NCBI GenBank assembly: GCA_964016885.1
Contig: OZ024740.1
Coordinates: forward strand, 166,532,001 to 166,596,000
Source of the DNA: Eledone cirrhosa
Taxonomy: Eukaryota
Length of the DNA stretch: 64,000 nt
Direction: 5' to 3'
Under the pieces are notes generated by a model. It saw only the letters and a program-made list of their open reading frames with translations, did no database searches and was not told the DNA's origin. Positions 41,278 to 56,363 of the stretch are shown here, in pieces (within the stretch, counting starts at the first letter, position 1; every line of letters begins with the position of its first letter). The position numbers and the translations under genes were made by a program.

Positions 41278-41739
41278 TATACATACATTTATACATATAT
41301 CACACACACACTCGCACACACAAACTTATATATGTCTGCTAACATACATACATGCGTATCTATAACCGTGCGTGTATATGTTTATGTGCGCGAGAATGTG
41401 TGTGTGTTTCTGTGTGTGTGTACGTACTATTTTGTGTACTTGTATAGCCTTCAGTACACCGGGGAATAGATTTATCTTGTTTCCTTTCTGGTCAATTGAC
41501 GCATGTTTCTATTAAATTATTCATTTTTGTTCTTCTAGTTAATACATGCCCCTTGTACAACACATACAACCATTCAACCCCTCTCTGCTTTATGGTCATT
41601 CTTCTGCTGCTGTTCTTAAAATTTTATTTCTCAACTTTTCTCTTTCTTATCCTAATCCTCATCTTCATCTCTTCCCTCACCACATATGATCCATTTTAAT
41701 TCTCCCCCTCCTTTCTACAGTCACCTCAATCGGCCATCA

Positions 41740-41831
41740 TTCTTCTTCTTCTTCTTCTTCTTCTTCTTCTTCTTCTATCGCTGCTGATTAAAAGATGTAG
41801 CAGCAGCAGTAGCAGTAGTAGCAGTAGTAGC

Positions 41832-41905
<74 letters not shown>

Positions 41906-41958
41906 CAGCAGTAGTAGTATTAGTAGTAATAGTAGCGGTAGCAGCAGCAGCAGCGGCG

Positions 41959-42008
<50 letters not shown>
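41740..42008. repeat. (TTC)n and (TAG/CAG)n microsatellites
   Basis: Visible directly. Confidence 0.95.
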
Positions 42009-42009
<1 letters not shown>

Positions 42010-45000
42010 TGTCTTCATAATCTTGAGAAAAAGTGCTTTTCTTTGGAGTTATGTTTGATGTTGTCTTAGAGAATAAATGTGCCGAGAAGGATTCGTGGGG
42101 CAAGTGCCGTATTTTAATAGAATGATGAAGATGTTTCTATCACTCTATTACACATTATTTGACATGATAGTAACTGTTCCTTTTATTCATTGGTAGTTAG
42201 CAAATACGTTAGAATGTTAATCCTTCAAATTTGCCAACGTTTTTCAAATCTGATCTAGCGAAATCTAATTTATCTATTGTCAAAAGAACGTTAGATTGAC
42301 AATCGCTATAGCCTCTAAAATAAAGTTTTGCCATATTTAGTAATGAACATCTTAGATCTAACTTTCAAACCATCCAGCGTCTATAACATGAAGTACCAAT
42401 CCTATTAACTTATTTGACTGATTTGTATTCAAATAATACACCCTAGATTTGATTTAAATATAAATCGAAGAGTAAGACTAGTATTTTTAAATCCATTCCT
42501 TATCACAGTTGTATCAGTAAAGTTTAAATGGGTCTGTTGTTTCATTTACACAAAAATTAAGGTAATATATGCATCATATATTGAGTTAGAAACTCAAAAT
42601 AGTCTTTTACAATTAAATAGCTGAAGGAAGGGAATCTTTCCGAGCCGTGTAATACATGAGATGAGATGAACACCGATACCAGTATACATGTGTTCGAATT
42701 GTAAATGACCAAGTTAGCTAGGTTGAAAAATACTAATTTAAAACAATATGGTTTGCCTGTATCGATTTAAAGTAATAAACCAATAAAAAGAACAAACCTA
42801 TATTGGGCAATCGCCCAGTACTGTTTTTTTTTTTTTTTTTTTGTCCGTATAAAGAGTTTATGTTAAAAATGTATTAATATATATATATATATATAAAATG
42901 TATGAATATTTTTTAAACTAATGTAACGTTACTTTTTCTTTGTCATAGCACAAAGAAAGCAATGTAAGAGATACTTCACAACCAAATATGTAGACAGAAT
43001 CAAGTAACTATAATGCCTATACATATCGGCGCATGCCGATACTCTTGCATCCAAATGTAGAAAACCTTCTTAAAAACCTGAGGACGTCGCACGTATAATC
43101 AGAGACTGAAAAATGAATTTCAGGTAAGTCCTCTCGATATGACAGCAGCAGAATCGAAAGCAATATTTTGAGAAATCAAGCAAATATTTCCAAAGGGTGA
43201 ATGTTTTTGTTTTTTTGTGTTCTAGAATACTGTAATATAATTCTAACACACCCCTTCTGTGATATAGATTATAATTATATATTTCAATATTTTATCAATC
43301 TAAAACTCTTTTTGTTATTGTTTCATATAGGAATGATGTACTTAATGATGTCCGCAAAACACTTTCAATTAATTGAAATTTGCATCATAGATTCAGAAAG
43401 AAAATAAATGTTTATTGGCAATGTTTAGGAGTGATAATTGGAAAATAATGAAAATTGACTTCACCGAAATTTGAATTTTCATGTTCAAAGGAAAGACCTT
43501 ACCGTTGTTAGCAAGGATGGTAATATATACTGATATTTCAAACATTTTCAAAGAAAAGTACATAACATTTGTAAATATTACATGTTGACTAATGATATTT
43601 CAAATTTGTTAGACCTCTTCAGCAATGTGTGGGCTTCTGAAGCCTTTTTGATTAGTGGATATTGAATTTCACATGTAGAGAAAGAGTTACAAACACTGTT
43701 TTCCCAGAATTATTTGCATCATTACAACAGCAGAACTTGGTATATAACTTAAGTATGGCTAGTGTATGCTTTTAAAAAATTCCTGTGGTAGGTTCTGTAC
43801 TGAAGTAAATACTCAACAAACTTACAATGCTTCTTTTCGTTGCCAACAATACATTCCTTTTAGTTTGCAATCGCACCAGAATAAAATATTTCTATAATTT
43901 TATTATCAGTTCAAAGGAACTATGAACCTAAAATTATGGCACACAGGGGAATCCGGTTTAGACGAGAAAATTACTCTAATCGATTGCATCTTAAACACTA
44001 TAGACTTGAATGCCAGACTGAACCATAATAGAAAATTCACATCAGTATGTCTTATTTATTACAGAAGAGAGTCGGTTTTCAGTGTGTGTGTGTGGATAAT
44101 GGTCTTTTTTTTACACACTGGAATCCATTCAAGTATAAAGCAATACGCACAGGAGAATGATTGTACAAACAAGCATCACAAAAGTTTCAGTGGATAACAA
44201 AGTCACTATGCTGCGAGCATGCCAGTTCATACAGACAAGGAGATTAAGGTAAATCAACCAGATATTATTGTTAAAAATTATCAGAAAAGTAACACAAAAC
44301 AAAGCGAAAAATGTAAAAATATACGTATGTCAATCCATAAATCGAATCAACGAACAACGATATATAACTAAAAGAAAGGAAGACATTTTCGAAATAGAAA
44401 GATCTACACATAAAGATAAACATGGTCTGCGATACAAGAAAAGAAACACCATAATAATAATTGTCTTGGGAATATTCAGTATATAGATATATTCAATATA
44501 CAAAGGATAGTACAATTTAGTACTTCTTACATATTAAGAAGTGTACTTTCATTACAATAGAAAATAAGAAAATCAAATCAACACACCATATGGTGTATAC
44601 TTATGTCCTCAATAGTGCAGGGAAAACACACAATAAAATAAGAATACTGAATAACGATCACAATTTATTCTAATTTTTACCAAGTTTTATGAAGGAAAAA
44701 GCAATGAAATCGATCCTATCACTTGAGTGGTATATTATTTCATCAACTATAGATATACTGAAATTTGCCATTAGATGTTACCTTTTTATAGAAGCGTCTA
44801 TTAAAACTGACAATGTTGAATAAAATCCATGTTTTAAGTGTTTTCAACACACGAATTGTTATTGTTCGGGCATTAAACTAGGAGAAGGAAACCTCCGATA
44901 TAAAGAGACTCTATGGCAGCCAATTTTGTTGACCCGTTTCTCTTTTTGGATACCCTTGTTCAGAGAGTGGGGTTCGTCCTGTGCAATGACTACTTCACTT

Positions 45001-45460
45001 AAAAATGCTATAAGCACAGGTATCATTTAATCTAAACGACTTTCACGTGTGTTCCCTTAGCGTGGCTTTTACTTTGTTCCTTTCGCTGCAGCATGTGAGT
45101 ACAGAAAAATGTAAGTCCTTAGATGGGCTAAAAATCATGTTCCTGCCATCCATGTATGAGAAAAAGTTCTAGGAATGCCAATTCTCGAATCCAAGGTGCG
45201 GCCATTATTGGAAAAGTCCGGCTTCCCTATTTAAGGCGGGATCGGGGTTGGGATATATAGATGTTGTCTGTAGTCGGGATTATGTGGGATGTCTTAGTTT
45301 TTATATGAAAATGTAGATCATGATTGGCGTTCTTTTCACAGATGTATTTTTTATGAGTTTGGATCCTATGGTCTTGTCCACTAGATGCTTTGTTTATTGT
45401 TGGCTTTCGATGATTGCTTGCGTTTGGTCTGGAAGTGTCTCCAATCGAACTTGCTTGTTT

Positions 45461-45505
<45 letters not shown>

Positions 45506-45535
45506 CACACACACCTATATATATATATATATATG

Positions 45536-45574
<39 letters not shown>

Positions 45575-45575
45575 C

Positions 45576-45631
<56 letters not shown>

Positions 45632-45699
45632 AACACATATATATATATACATATATATGTATGTATATATATATATATACATGCATGAATACATACAAA

Positions 45700-45740
<41 letters not shown>

Positions 45741-45980
45741 CCATATATATCTGTGTAAGTGTATAGTGTTTATATCCGTTCTATGTACCTGTTTAAATTA
45801 TGTGTCAATTTACTTAGTGTTTCAAGAAAATGAAAGCAATAACGTAGATACCAGACTGAAATATGTACTCGGTTACATATGACCGACTGACATCTTTGGA
45901 GGCGTGGCTCTAGCTTGTCCATAGTCCAATTACTAAAAACCGTAAAAAGTGATAAAGGAAACGCTATTAAAAAACACATG

Positions 45981-46047
<67 letters not shown>

Positions 46048-46301
46048 AGAAGCAAAACATTGGTTATTGTGATCCAGTTTTTGGTTAAGAAAGCCAGTTT
46101 AATGGATGGTTTCAACGTACGGTTTGGGGTAACTCCGCAAGTTTGTAAGAATTCCGTTCAATCTTCGAGTATAAAGTATAATAGAGAAAACACAGGTAAA
46201 CTATTTGCAGTATAGCAATATATGGTTGCACTTACCAATGAAACGGTCGTAAATACCTGGATAAAATCCTTCTCTTAATGTGTTTTCTCTTTTATACTGT
46301 A

Positions 46302-46333
<32 letters not shown>

Positions 46334-46380
46334 GATAGATAAATATACACGGGTGTGTATGATTTTGTATATAAGATTAT

Positions 46381-46608
46381 ATTAATAAGAGGAATTCCAA
46401 CTTTGTCAGATTTACTCGTTTTATTTACAATCCTTTAACATTTATAATGGTATTAAAATGAAATAGTATGATAGAATATTAAATGTTAAGTGTTAATTGA
46501 ACAAGTACTTTCATGCTTTCGCAATCTTCAGGTAAATAACGTGTGGTGACAGTCAAGTTTGCAATTTTCAACTGCTGTGTAAATCAGACAAAGTTGGAAT
46601 TCCTGTTA

Positions 46609-46616
<8 letters not shown>
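46381..46616 (-). mobile_element. Solo terminal fragment of the 10.5-14.8 kb PLE, with ~35-bp terminal inverted repeats and an HHR
   Basis: Matches 10487-10680. CTGAAGA-TTGC-GAAA-GCAT-GAAA-GTACTT at ~46498-46531(-). ATTAATAAGAGGAATTCCAACTTTGTC / GACAAAGTTGGAATTCCTGTTATTAAT. Confidence 0.85.
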
Positions 46617-46694
<78 letters not shown>

Positions 46695-48202
46695 AAATTT
46701 TTTCTAATCCGGAAAAAAAATTATTTTTGGATTTTGTGAAGAAAATAAATTTGTTGAAAGCACAAGTGAAGCCATTTTTTCTTCCCCCCTGTCTTTATAT
46801 ATATATATATACACATATATTGAAATGCCTCGGTGTTTTCTCATTTTCTTTGGTTCAGGTGTATTTCCCCGGAAAATTAGAAGTGGATGTCAAGGCTAAT
46901 TAATCCCCGCAGGACACACAGAATGAGACAGTATCAGGGGTCAGAAAAGAGCCAGCTGTATATTTAGAAAAAGAAAAAGGTTAAAGTGAAAACAATCAGA
47001 AACAATAGATGCTGGTCTGTGATTTGAGATTAGAAAGGGGCGTTTGATGGGTGATAGATGTGTAAAACAACGTATATCTATATGTGTGTGAGATTGTGTA
47101 TGTCATTTTCAGCAACGAGTCATTATGTGCGGGTTATAGCGCGTTTATATGTACGAGTGTGTGTACATGAGAAAACGTGTTCATGAGATTGTATGTATGT
47201 GAATGTGGATCTATGTATAGCTCTCTGTTAGTGTAAGTACTTTTGTGTCTACATGCCTGTCTCTGTATGTGAGTGTGTGTGCCCGTGTGTGAGAATGTTA
47301 GTGTGTCATATTAGTGATATTCCCGTGTCTATCTCTTAATGTAACATATTTTATTGTCACCCTCTATCTATATGTGTATATGTATGATTCTGTGAAGACA
47401 GCTTGCCAATTATATAGAAAGTGTAAGAGGAACTAAATTTTTTTGGCATGGACAGATAAATATATAGTTAGGGGAAGATTAAGGGATGGCGAGAGAAAGA
47501 CAGGTTGATGGGGATAAAAATATATAGTCAAATAATTACACACACGCAAACACACAGGTTTGTGTGTGCGTGCGTATATATGTATGTATGTGAGATTTTT
47601 ATGCCGTGGAGAGGGCATATGTCTACAGTTAACAATTGAAAACAGTAAAAGAATAAGTTACATTGCAAAACAAATAAAAAATCAATTATATATTATATAT
47701 TTTACATAAAGACAAATAGGGAAGTAGGACCATTAAAACGATACCAGACATATTCATTAAATGTTAAAAGAGAGATATAGAGACTACCTCAGTCTGAAAT
47801 GTGTGACAATTCTGTTTTTATAAATACATTTATTAGTTTCTGATTTAGAGTTATTTAGATAGCTAAATAGAAAAATTATTTCATTACATATTTAATTGTG
47901 CACTAAACTGCCGGTGTATACGTTAAATTTATATATGTACATATAGTGTACATAGTTAAACTATAGATATAACTGTAGATATAAATATATACAAATTGGG
48001 GATATATATGTGTAATCATATCAAATGTCCGTATTTCACTGTCGGTTTAAAAATCATGAATCGATTTTCGACCCATATTGTGATCCTCATCAGAGAAAAT
48101 GTGCATCAAACAATTACAAGGAAATACTTAACTGACTGCTCCCTGTCTATATTCTCTCTCCCTCTCTCTATATATATATACATACACATCACAGCACACA
48201 CG

Positions 48203-48300
<98 letters not shown>

Positions 48301-48820
48301 TATATATACACACATACACACACACCGGATCTCCATCTCTGAATATAGCGAATGGCTTAAAATGAATCAACCGTGACTACCACACAATATGACATCAATG
48401 ACATTCACCTCTCTCTGTGTGGCAGAAATCAGAAAATATACAATCACAAACCATGTATATTCTTCTTCTCCACCTCACCAGGCAGGTAATAGTAAGATTT
48501 ATTTTGACGTATTGCACATTAATTTATATTAAATCCTGTTCTTTTTCTCGCATAACAGAGTGAAAGAGAAAGGAAGGGAGATTCAGAACGACTAAACTTA
48601 CTATTTAAGTAGCTAAAAAGTGAGGGTATATAGAGAGTTAAAGGAAAAGAAATCATATACATTTGCGTCCCGCTGTTTACGTTCTTTATCCCTCTCGCAT
48701 GCTTTATCTCTATTCTCTCTATATATATACGCACGCGCACCCCCACCCCCGCACCCCCACACACCCACATACCCCCACCCCCACACACACACCCGCACCC
48801 CCACACACACACATACACAG

Positions 48821-48930
<110 letters not shown>

Positions 48931-48987
48931 GATCAATATATATTTAATACGTATTATGGTCACGTACCGCAATAAATGCTAAATGGA

Positions 48988-49550
48988 CCTTGATTCAGAT
49001 CATCAATTATTCAAATTTAAGATATACATGCAGAGAAAAAGGATCATATATCGTTTGAGAAAAACATAGCAATCTGTACACACATTTATAGAGCAAATAA
49101 TATTGAGGGAAAATATATATACTTTAAAACGGTAAAAAAGTCATTATTTTCCTTAAGCTGTTTCATAGACCAAAAGAACGAAGGAAAACCATCGACCTAA
49201 GTGATCAACTATCAATTTTAGTCAGGCACCGAATGACACGGTCTAATCATCAGAAGAATACTCTTCATATATACGCCACACTGTACAAAATATATGTCGA
49301 GAGCAGAGGATTTGTTTAAAATCTTTACTCCACGACCAGGTCAGATATAAATAGGACTGAACGTTGTAGGGACTAGAAAGAACCCCGAAATACCATTCAC
49401 AGTTGAAGCAACTCAACAAATTAATATGTGTGATGATCATGTTTCTCAATAAATAAGTTCCATGGACCTATGTGTTTCTCAAACGATATATGATTTTTGT
49501 CCCTCTACATATAACATTGGAATTTAAATAATTGCTGCTCTAAACCAAGC
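48988..49550. repeat. Old fold-back relic with diverged ~80-bp arms
   Basis: ATCATATATCGTTTGAGAAAAACATAG (~49043) versus CTATGTGTTTCTCAAACGATATATGAT (~49468). Confidence 0.65.
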
Positions 49551-49749
49551 TTCATAAGATGCAAATAATTCTATGCCTATCATTTTATGGCACGGTACTA
49601 TTTCAAACGAGTTCGGCGATTCAACGATGTACCAATTATTTCATCGTGGACAGGTGTTTAAAAATTGTCATACTCCCACCAAACTTCTCATTTAACAGTG
49701 ACCTAATTTAGAATGTTTGTGCGACCAGATCTCTTCATTATCTTTATAA

Positions 49750-49879
49750 TCCCTTTACGATCTGAGTTCAAATCCCGCCGAGGTTGACTTTGCCTTTCAT
49801 CCTTACGGGGTCGATAAAATAAAGAACCAGTAATGCAATGGGTAATTGCTGGCCTTGTGCCTAAAATAGAAACAATTAT
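49750..49879 (+). mobile_element. tRNA/MESC SINE, 5'-truncated
   Basis: Matches the SINE from the B-box onward. Confidence 0.88.
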
Positions 49880-50678
49880 CTTTATAATCTCATCTGTAAT
49901 GCAAAATGGAGAGAAATATCACATGAACTGCTTCGATATCAGAAACTGAAGGATTGTCATGAAATTATTGCTCGGGTGTTCCATGGTAAAAAATGAACTA
50001 CTGTCTCCTAAAATAATGAATAATAATTTAGTGGGTTTAGTGTTTGGATGATCACTATGTAATTGTAAGAATATGAAACCAGAAGAAGTTGATATAATTT
50101 CAGCTGAGCCACCTGATAAGCATGGCGATAAAGAGCTCTTTGAATCCACCAAGACACACTCTCCCATGACAACAATTCAACTTCACCCTGCATGCAAGAT
50201 AAAAAAATGCAACGACGTAAGACTCAGGTTGAAATCGATGAATACTTCCTTAGACAGGAGCAAGGAGGAAAGACATCAACCCTCGTATGTGGAGTTGATG
50301 AAGCTCACTTACATGTATGTTGAACTGTACGTTGTATTATTCTTTTCTGTTTTTCTATTCCCTCCTTTTTATATTTTTTCTTCTTTGGCTAAGCCCTCGT
50401 GGACTGTTCTCTCCCTTCTTTTTCAGTTGAACCACTTGGGTTAAGTTTTGAAATTTATTTGTCTAATTCAGCGAAAGGCATAACGTGTCCTGCCTTTGCT
50501 TCTAGCTGTTTTATTGCGTTCCTATGCACACTGGATTGAATAGTATCAAACTCAATGGATTGAAACTGTAGTGATTTCCAGAGGTTGACTGAAGAGATAA
50601 GGCTATCCGTTTTTCCATTCTCTTTTTTCTATTGCCTTTGGTCTCTGAGCCCACTTGTTTTGTTTATATATACACAAA

Positions 50679-50796
<118 letters not shown>

Positions 50797-50801
50797 CACA
50801 C

Positions 50802-50835
<34 letters not shown>

Positions 50836-51401
50836 TGAACCCGTCCACTGGACGGTTCAAGTAGCTTTCGATGTAGCTCATTAAACTAAACAAAGTAAAT
50901 TTGAATACATAGAAGAAAATCGTATTTTATGTAAACATAAAAACCTTAGGCACTATTCCAGCGAAATAATTAATATGTGAGCTCGGTGTCATCCATTATC
51001 CCATGTAACAACAGAAATCCAGTCTAGGTATAAATGTTTTGGACAACAGTAAAGCCTCTTGTTTCAAGTACAAAGAGTAAAGTAAAATCCGAATGAGCCG
51101 AATTGTAATAATCAAACTCCCAAAACAAAATTCTTGACAACATCAAAAATGAGTTCCTATTGTATTGTCTTACATAATGACGAAAATTGACACAAATAAC
51201 GGAAACTTTTTAATGTCTCCAAAGCCCCAATATCGATTTTTAAAAGCCTTTGTAGATCATGTACTGATTTTGTGCAATGAGAAGCTCTGTAAAAAATTTC
51301 AAAGAAATCGCATGAATTATTTAGAATATATGAGCCCGCATTAAAGATTGTCCACACACACATACATACACATACAGAAAACTACATTTTTATATATATA
51401 C

Positions 51402-51438
<37 letters not shown>

Positions 51439-51546
51439 AATGAAGTAATTCCATCGGAAAAGTCCAGGAAAAAAGAGTGCTCTATGTAAGCAACAGAGCT
51501 TAATTATTATTATTATTATGTAATAAACAACATAAGGCAATTATTC

Positions 51547-51600
51547 CATTTACCAGTGGTTTCTTAAAAGCAAAAGGTTTTGCTTTCAATCCTCAGAATG
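51547..51600 (-). ncRNA. Type I hammerhead with GUA triplet; identical copy at 55836-55889
   Basis: CATT-CTGAGGA-TTGAAAGCAAAA-CC-TTTTGCTTTTAA-GAAA-CC-ACT-GG-TA-AATG. Confidence 0.85.
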
Positions 51601-51812
51601 AAAAATCCTGGTTTGTTTATTGAATATGGATTCTAAAAACGAAAATGCAATCTATATGAAAGTGAGGCTGGAAAAGGGAGAAGGAAAGGAAAAATAAAAT
51701 AAAATAAAACTACACATGCAAACACACACAAAAAAACCCAAAAGCATACTTACACACACACACATATATACACATATAATTTGCACGCATACACATATAC
51801 ACATACACATAC

Positions 51813-51873
<61 letters not shown>

Positions 51874-51976
51874 CACATACATACACATATATATATATAA
51901 AGAGCGTACACCTACACACACATACACATATATATACACACACATATACACATACATATATTCATACATACACACG

Positions 51977-52012
<36 letters not shown>

Positions 52013-52034
52013 TATACATACACATGTACATATC

Positions 52035-52078
<44 letters not shown>

Positions 52079-52527
52079 CATATACACACACATACACATA
52101 TACATACACACACACACACATATGTGTGTGTACAAGCCTACACATACACACACACATATATATACACACACATATACATACATTCACACAAACATACAAC
52201 GTACATACATACATACACATACATGAATGCACTCCACTACATATTAACACACGCAAATAAATATAAGAAAAAAATATATATAAATAATATTAACAAATAT
52301 TTGACAGCGATACATGCCCCAGCTAACAGGACAGACACGCGTGGTAAGTAATACACACATAAGCGCATATACATACGTTCGAAATAGTAAACACATACAC
52401 ACACTCTCACACATAAATATACATATACAAATACATAAACACGTACATACACATACATACGCAAACACGTACACGTATACAATATAAACACACACATGTA
52501 TATGTAATTATATACACACACACACAC

Positions 52528-52572
<45 letters not shown>

Positions 52573-52852
52573 CAAAATATAAAAATATAAACGCACACAC
52601 ACATATAAATACGTAAACACACATATACATACATAGCTAAACAATTATACACATGCAAATACGTATATATCAAAAGAACGCACAACCAAATACAAACACA
52701 CACACATATATACACACACACACACCCACACACAAACCCACACATACATAAAAATAAATAAAAACACACGCAACATATACATACATACACATACATATAC
52801 ATATATACATATATACATATACATATATATATATACACATACATATACACAA

Positions 52853-52886
<34 letters not shown>

Positions 52887-53030
52887 ACGTACACATACAC
52901 ACATGCATACACATACACACACACATATACATGTGTGTATGTGTAAAGCTCAGTATTAGATAAGACAAATGAACCTTACATAAACGTATATATAGTAGTA
53001 AAGTAATAAAGCCATACAAGGCAATTAATC

Positions 53031-53084
53031 CATTCACCAGAGGTTTCTTAAAAGCAAAAAAAGTTTCCTTCAATCTTCAGAATG
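53031..53084 (-). ncRNA. Second, paralogous hammerhead with GUG triplet; identical copy at 57316-57369
   Basis: CATT-CTGAAGA-TTGAAGGAAAC..TTTGCTTTTAA-GAAA-CC-TCT-GG-TG-AATG. Confidence 0.75.
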
Positions 53085-53140
53085 AAATATACAAATATAT
53101 ACACACATACAGACACGCACACACACATATATATATATAC

Positions 53141-53175
<35 letters not shown>

Positions 53176-53476
53176 TACAGACATATATACATACACACAT
53201 ATACACACACATACATATACATACATACATACACATATATATACATACACAAACATACACGTACACATATACATATATACACACAAAAATACATACACAT
53301 ACACATAGGTATGTGAAGGGCAAAACAAAAAGAATATATGGGGTGGGGGGCCTAGAGGAGGTAAAAATATAAAGGGAGGTAAGGGAGAAAAAAATATTTT
53401 TAAAAAAAAACAAGAGTACAGAAGGTAGAAGCAGCAAAATAAAAGCCGTAGCAAAAGTAAAGAGCAGAGAAGGAGT

Positions 53477-55610
53477 TCAAGGCGGTTGATTTATCGTAGG
53501 AGTGTCAATCCAGTTACAGATCAGATGCGATTTCAGATGAGGACAGCATCTGAAGATCTCAGTCTTAGAGTTAAGGCAAGCGGAAGTGTCTCTCAAGTTT
53601 AGCAAAATCCTATACTTTTCTGTGGTACACAAAGAACAATTCTTTGTGCCCCTTTGGTACTCCCTCGAATGGTCTAATATAGACCAATCAATAGAGTACG
53701 GGATATTACTATCCTTGAGATCCCATACCTTACTTGCGAGGGCCGTTGATGTTCGTTTATCTGAGTGTTTAAAAGAAGCGACATGTGAGTAAAATCTGGT
53801 TTTAAACCTGTCCTGGGTCATACCGACATATCGCTCGCTTCTGGCTGGCTGGTTGTTGATAACTGGCGTTATTTTAGCCTCATAAACGACAGATTTTGTT
53901 TTACATTTACCCTGCAATGGGCATTCATCCGGCTTCCTGCAACTGCATCCTGGATTTATCCTCGTACGGTTTGAACTGGTGATTTTGGATTTCATGGATG
54001 GACAACAAGAGTAGCTGATCTTAACTACATTCCTATTAAAAATCTTATAATATCTATGAATAGGAGGAAAATGTTTGTCTAATAGTTCAAGGAATTTCCT
54101 TCCTACATTAGTTTTGACATTTAGAGAGAAGGGGGGTGTGAACCAAATAATCTTCCTTTTCCTGTTATTATGGTTAGTTTTAGGGGGGGGGAATAGGTAA
54201 ATAAGAAATATTTTCTGTAAAACCGCTGTTCTTAAGGGCTTTATTATAATAAGGGGCGGCTTTATTAAAAATGTCTATAGACGAAGATAAAGTAGAAATC
54301 CTACGGCTAATGTTAGGAATAAGATTATTAAAAACTATAGGGGGATGGCAAGACTCTTTGTGTATATACCTAAGATTTTCATTAGGTTTATGATAGGGTT
54401 TAAAAGAGGCAGTAAGTAGATCAAGATTAATATCAAGAAAGTTAGCATTAGTAAGGTTCGTATCTATAGTAATTTTAAGGTTAAGATTAGCAAAGGTACT
54501 AATTAAATCTTTACGGAATTTATCAAGATTATGGCCATTGGTGGTATGAGAAACTGCTAATCCGTCATCACGGTATAAACCGATATTATGGGACGGAAAT
54601 TTCTCTTTGAGTGTGTGGAGAAGGAATAATCCTACTAAGTCGCACACATCCGCACTGTCATAAGAACCCATTGCAACATCGAAAGAGTTTTCAGGGTTTG
54701 ACTTTTTAACCCAAATCTTATCATTAGTAAAAAGTAAAGTTTTTCTGGCATGAAAGATAATGTCCTCTTCTAATTTGGAGATATTAATGAAGGGTCTTGC
54801 AAAATCTAAGGCTTTAGTTAATAAGGAAACGGTAATAGAAGGGTAAAAATCGACAATATCAAATTGCGTAAATCTACACTTATTTTTACCTTGTATATTA
54901 TTGAACCAAGAAATAACAGAGGAAGTATTTAGCCACTGTGAAAGGACAGTGTTAGTTCTAATTTGGATAATTATTTTTCTTAAGATTTTCTTACTAGCAA
55001 GGCCAACCTCGGATTTAGCCGGGTTAATCAGTCTACAACTAGGTCGATTAGTAAAGTCCAATTTATGGTCTTTAAGGGTAATATATGCTTTACGCTTAGC
55101 TAAGCTTTCAATCCGGTTATCTATTTGTAAAGAACTAGCTAGTTCTTTAGCTTCTTTATTGATAGTATTGTAGCTATTATTATTAGTTAATTGATATTTA
55201 TTGGTAATACTATTAGTTAAAAGTTGGTTATACAAATTACTATTAACTTCAAAGAGGTTTTTGGTTTTATCAGAAAGAACAAAAGTGTTTGTAGAATTTC
55301 TAAAATTAGAGATATCGTGAGAAAGTTTAGTTTGAAAATTATTATTGTACTTACGAAATTTGATATCACTAATTAGATTAACGAGGTCTAATTCGAAGTT
55401 GGCCATGTCTTTAATTCTAGGTGGATATTTACGGGATTTAATGTCAAAATTATCTTTAGTATCAGCACTGAATAGTCCATCGTAAACCATTGCCTTCCAT
55501 CTCATTCTTTTAACGACTTGCTCGATTTTATCAATGAGGATTTTGGTGTATGTTGTGTTGGAAGGAGTGGGTATGTTTTTGATAGAATAATCCAAATCAT
55601 AAAGGTCCAT
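53477..55610 (-). CDS. PLE RT + GIY-YIG ORF (~710 aa) split by one extra C in a C9 run at ~54183-54191
   Basis: YSIKNIP..KRMRWKA, FDIVDFYPSI, AMGSYD, LYRDDGL, NFLDI. Removing one C gives ..IPPPKTNHNNRKRKIIWFTPPF..KHFPP..SYSCCPSMKSK, in frame with CSCRKPDECPLQGKC..VVYEA..YVGMT. Confidence 0.88.
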
Positions 55611-56101
55611 GGTGTATGTTGGTTAAATTCCTGAAAACTGTAGAGTGCTCAACTAATCGGGCTGGAAAGTGCCAATCGTATATGTAATATCGAATATGCT
55701 GCGATCAATCCCGGTTGGAGCTGTATAAATGAAGTAATTCCATCGGAAAAGTCCAGGAAAAAAGAGTGCTCTATGTAAGCAACAGAGCTTAATTATTATT
55801 ATTATTATGTAATAAACAACATAAGGCAATTATTCCATTTACCAGTGGTTTCTTAAAAGCAAAAGGTTTTGCTTTCAATCCTCAGAATGAAAAATCCTGG
55901 TTTGTTTATTGAATATGGATTCTAAAAACGAAAATGCAATCTATATGAAAGTGAGGCTGGAAAAGGGAGAAGGAAAGGAAAAATAAAATAAAATAAAACT
56001 ACACATGCAAACACACACAAAAAAACCCAAAAGCATACTTACACACACACACATATATACACATATAATTTGCACGCATACACATATACACATACACATA
56101 C

Positions 56102-56162
<61 letters not shown>

Positions 56163-56263
56163 CACATACATACACATATATATATATAAAGAGCGTACAC
56201 CTACACACACATACACATATATATACACACATATACACATACATATATTCATACATACACACG

Positions 56264-56299
<36 letters not shown>

Positions 56300-56321
56300 T
56301 ATACATACACATGTACATATC

Positions 56322-56363
<42 letters not shown>

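Noticed and set aside
45180-45460. Possible Poseidon-type PLE tail (..PYLRRDRGWDI) with a degenerate HHR
   Set aside because: Too decayed to support without a database search.
50073-50444. 123-aa ORF with an ATG start
   Set aside because: No recognisable domain, low-complexity end, and no splice support.
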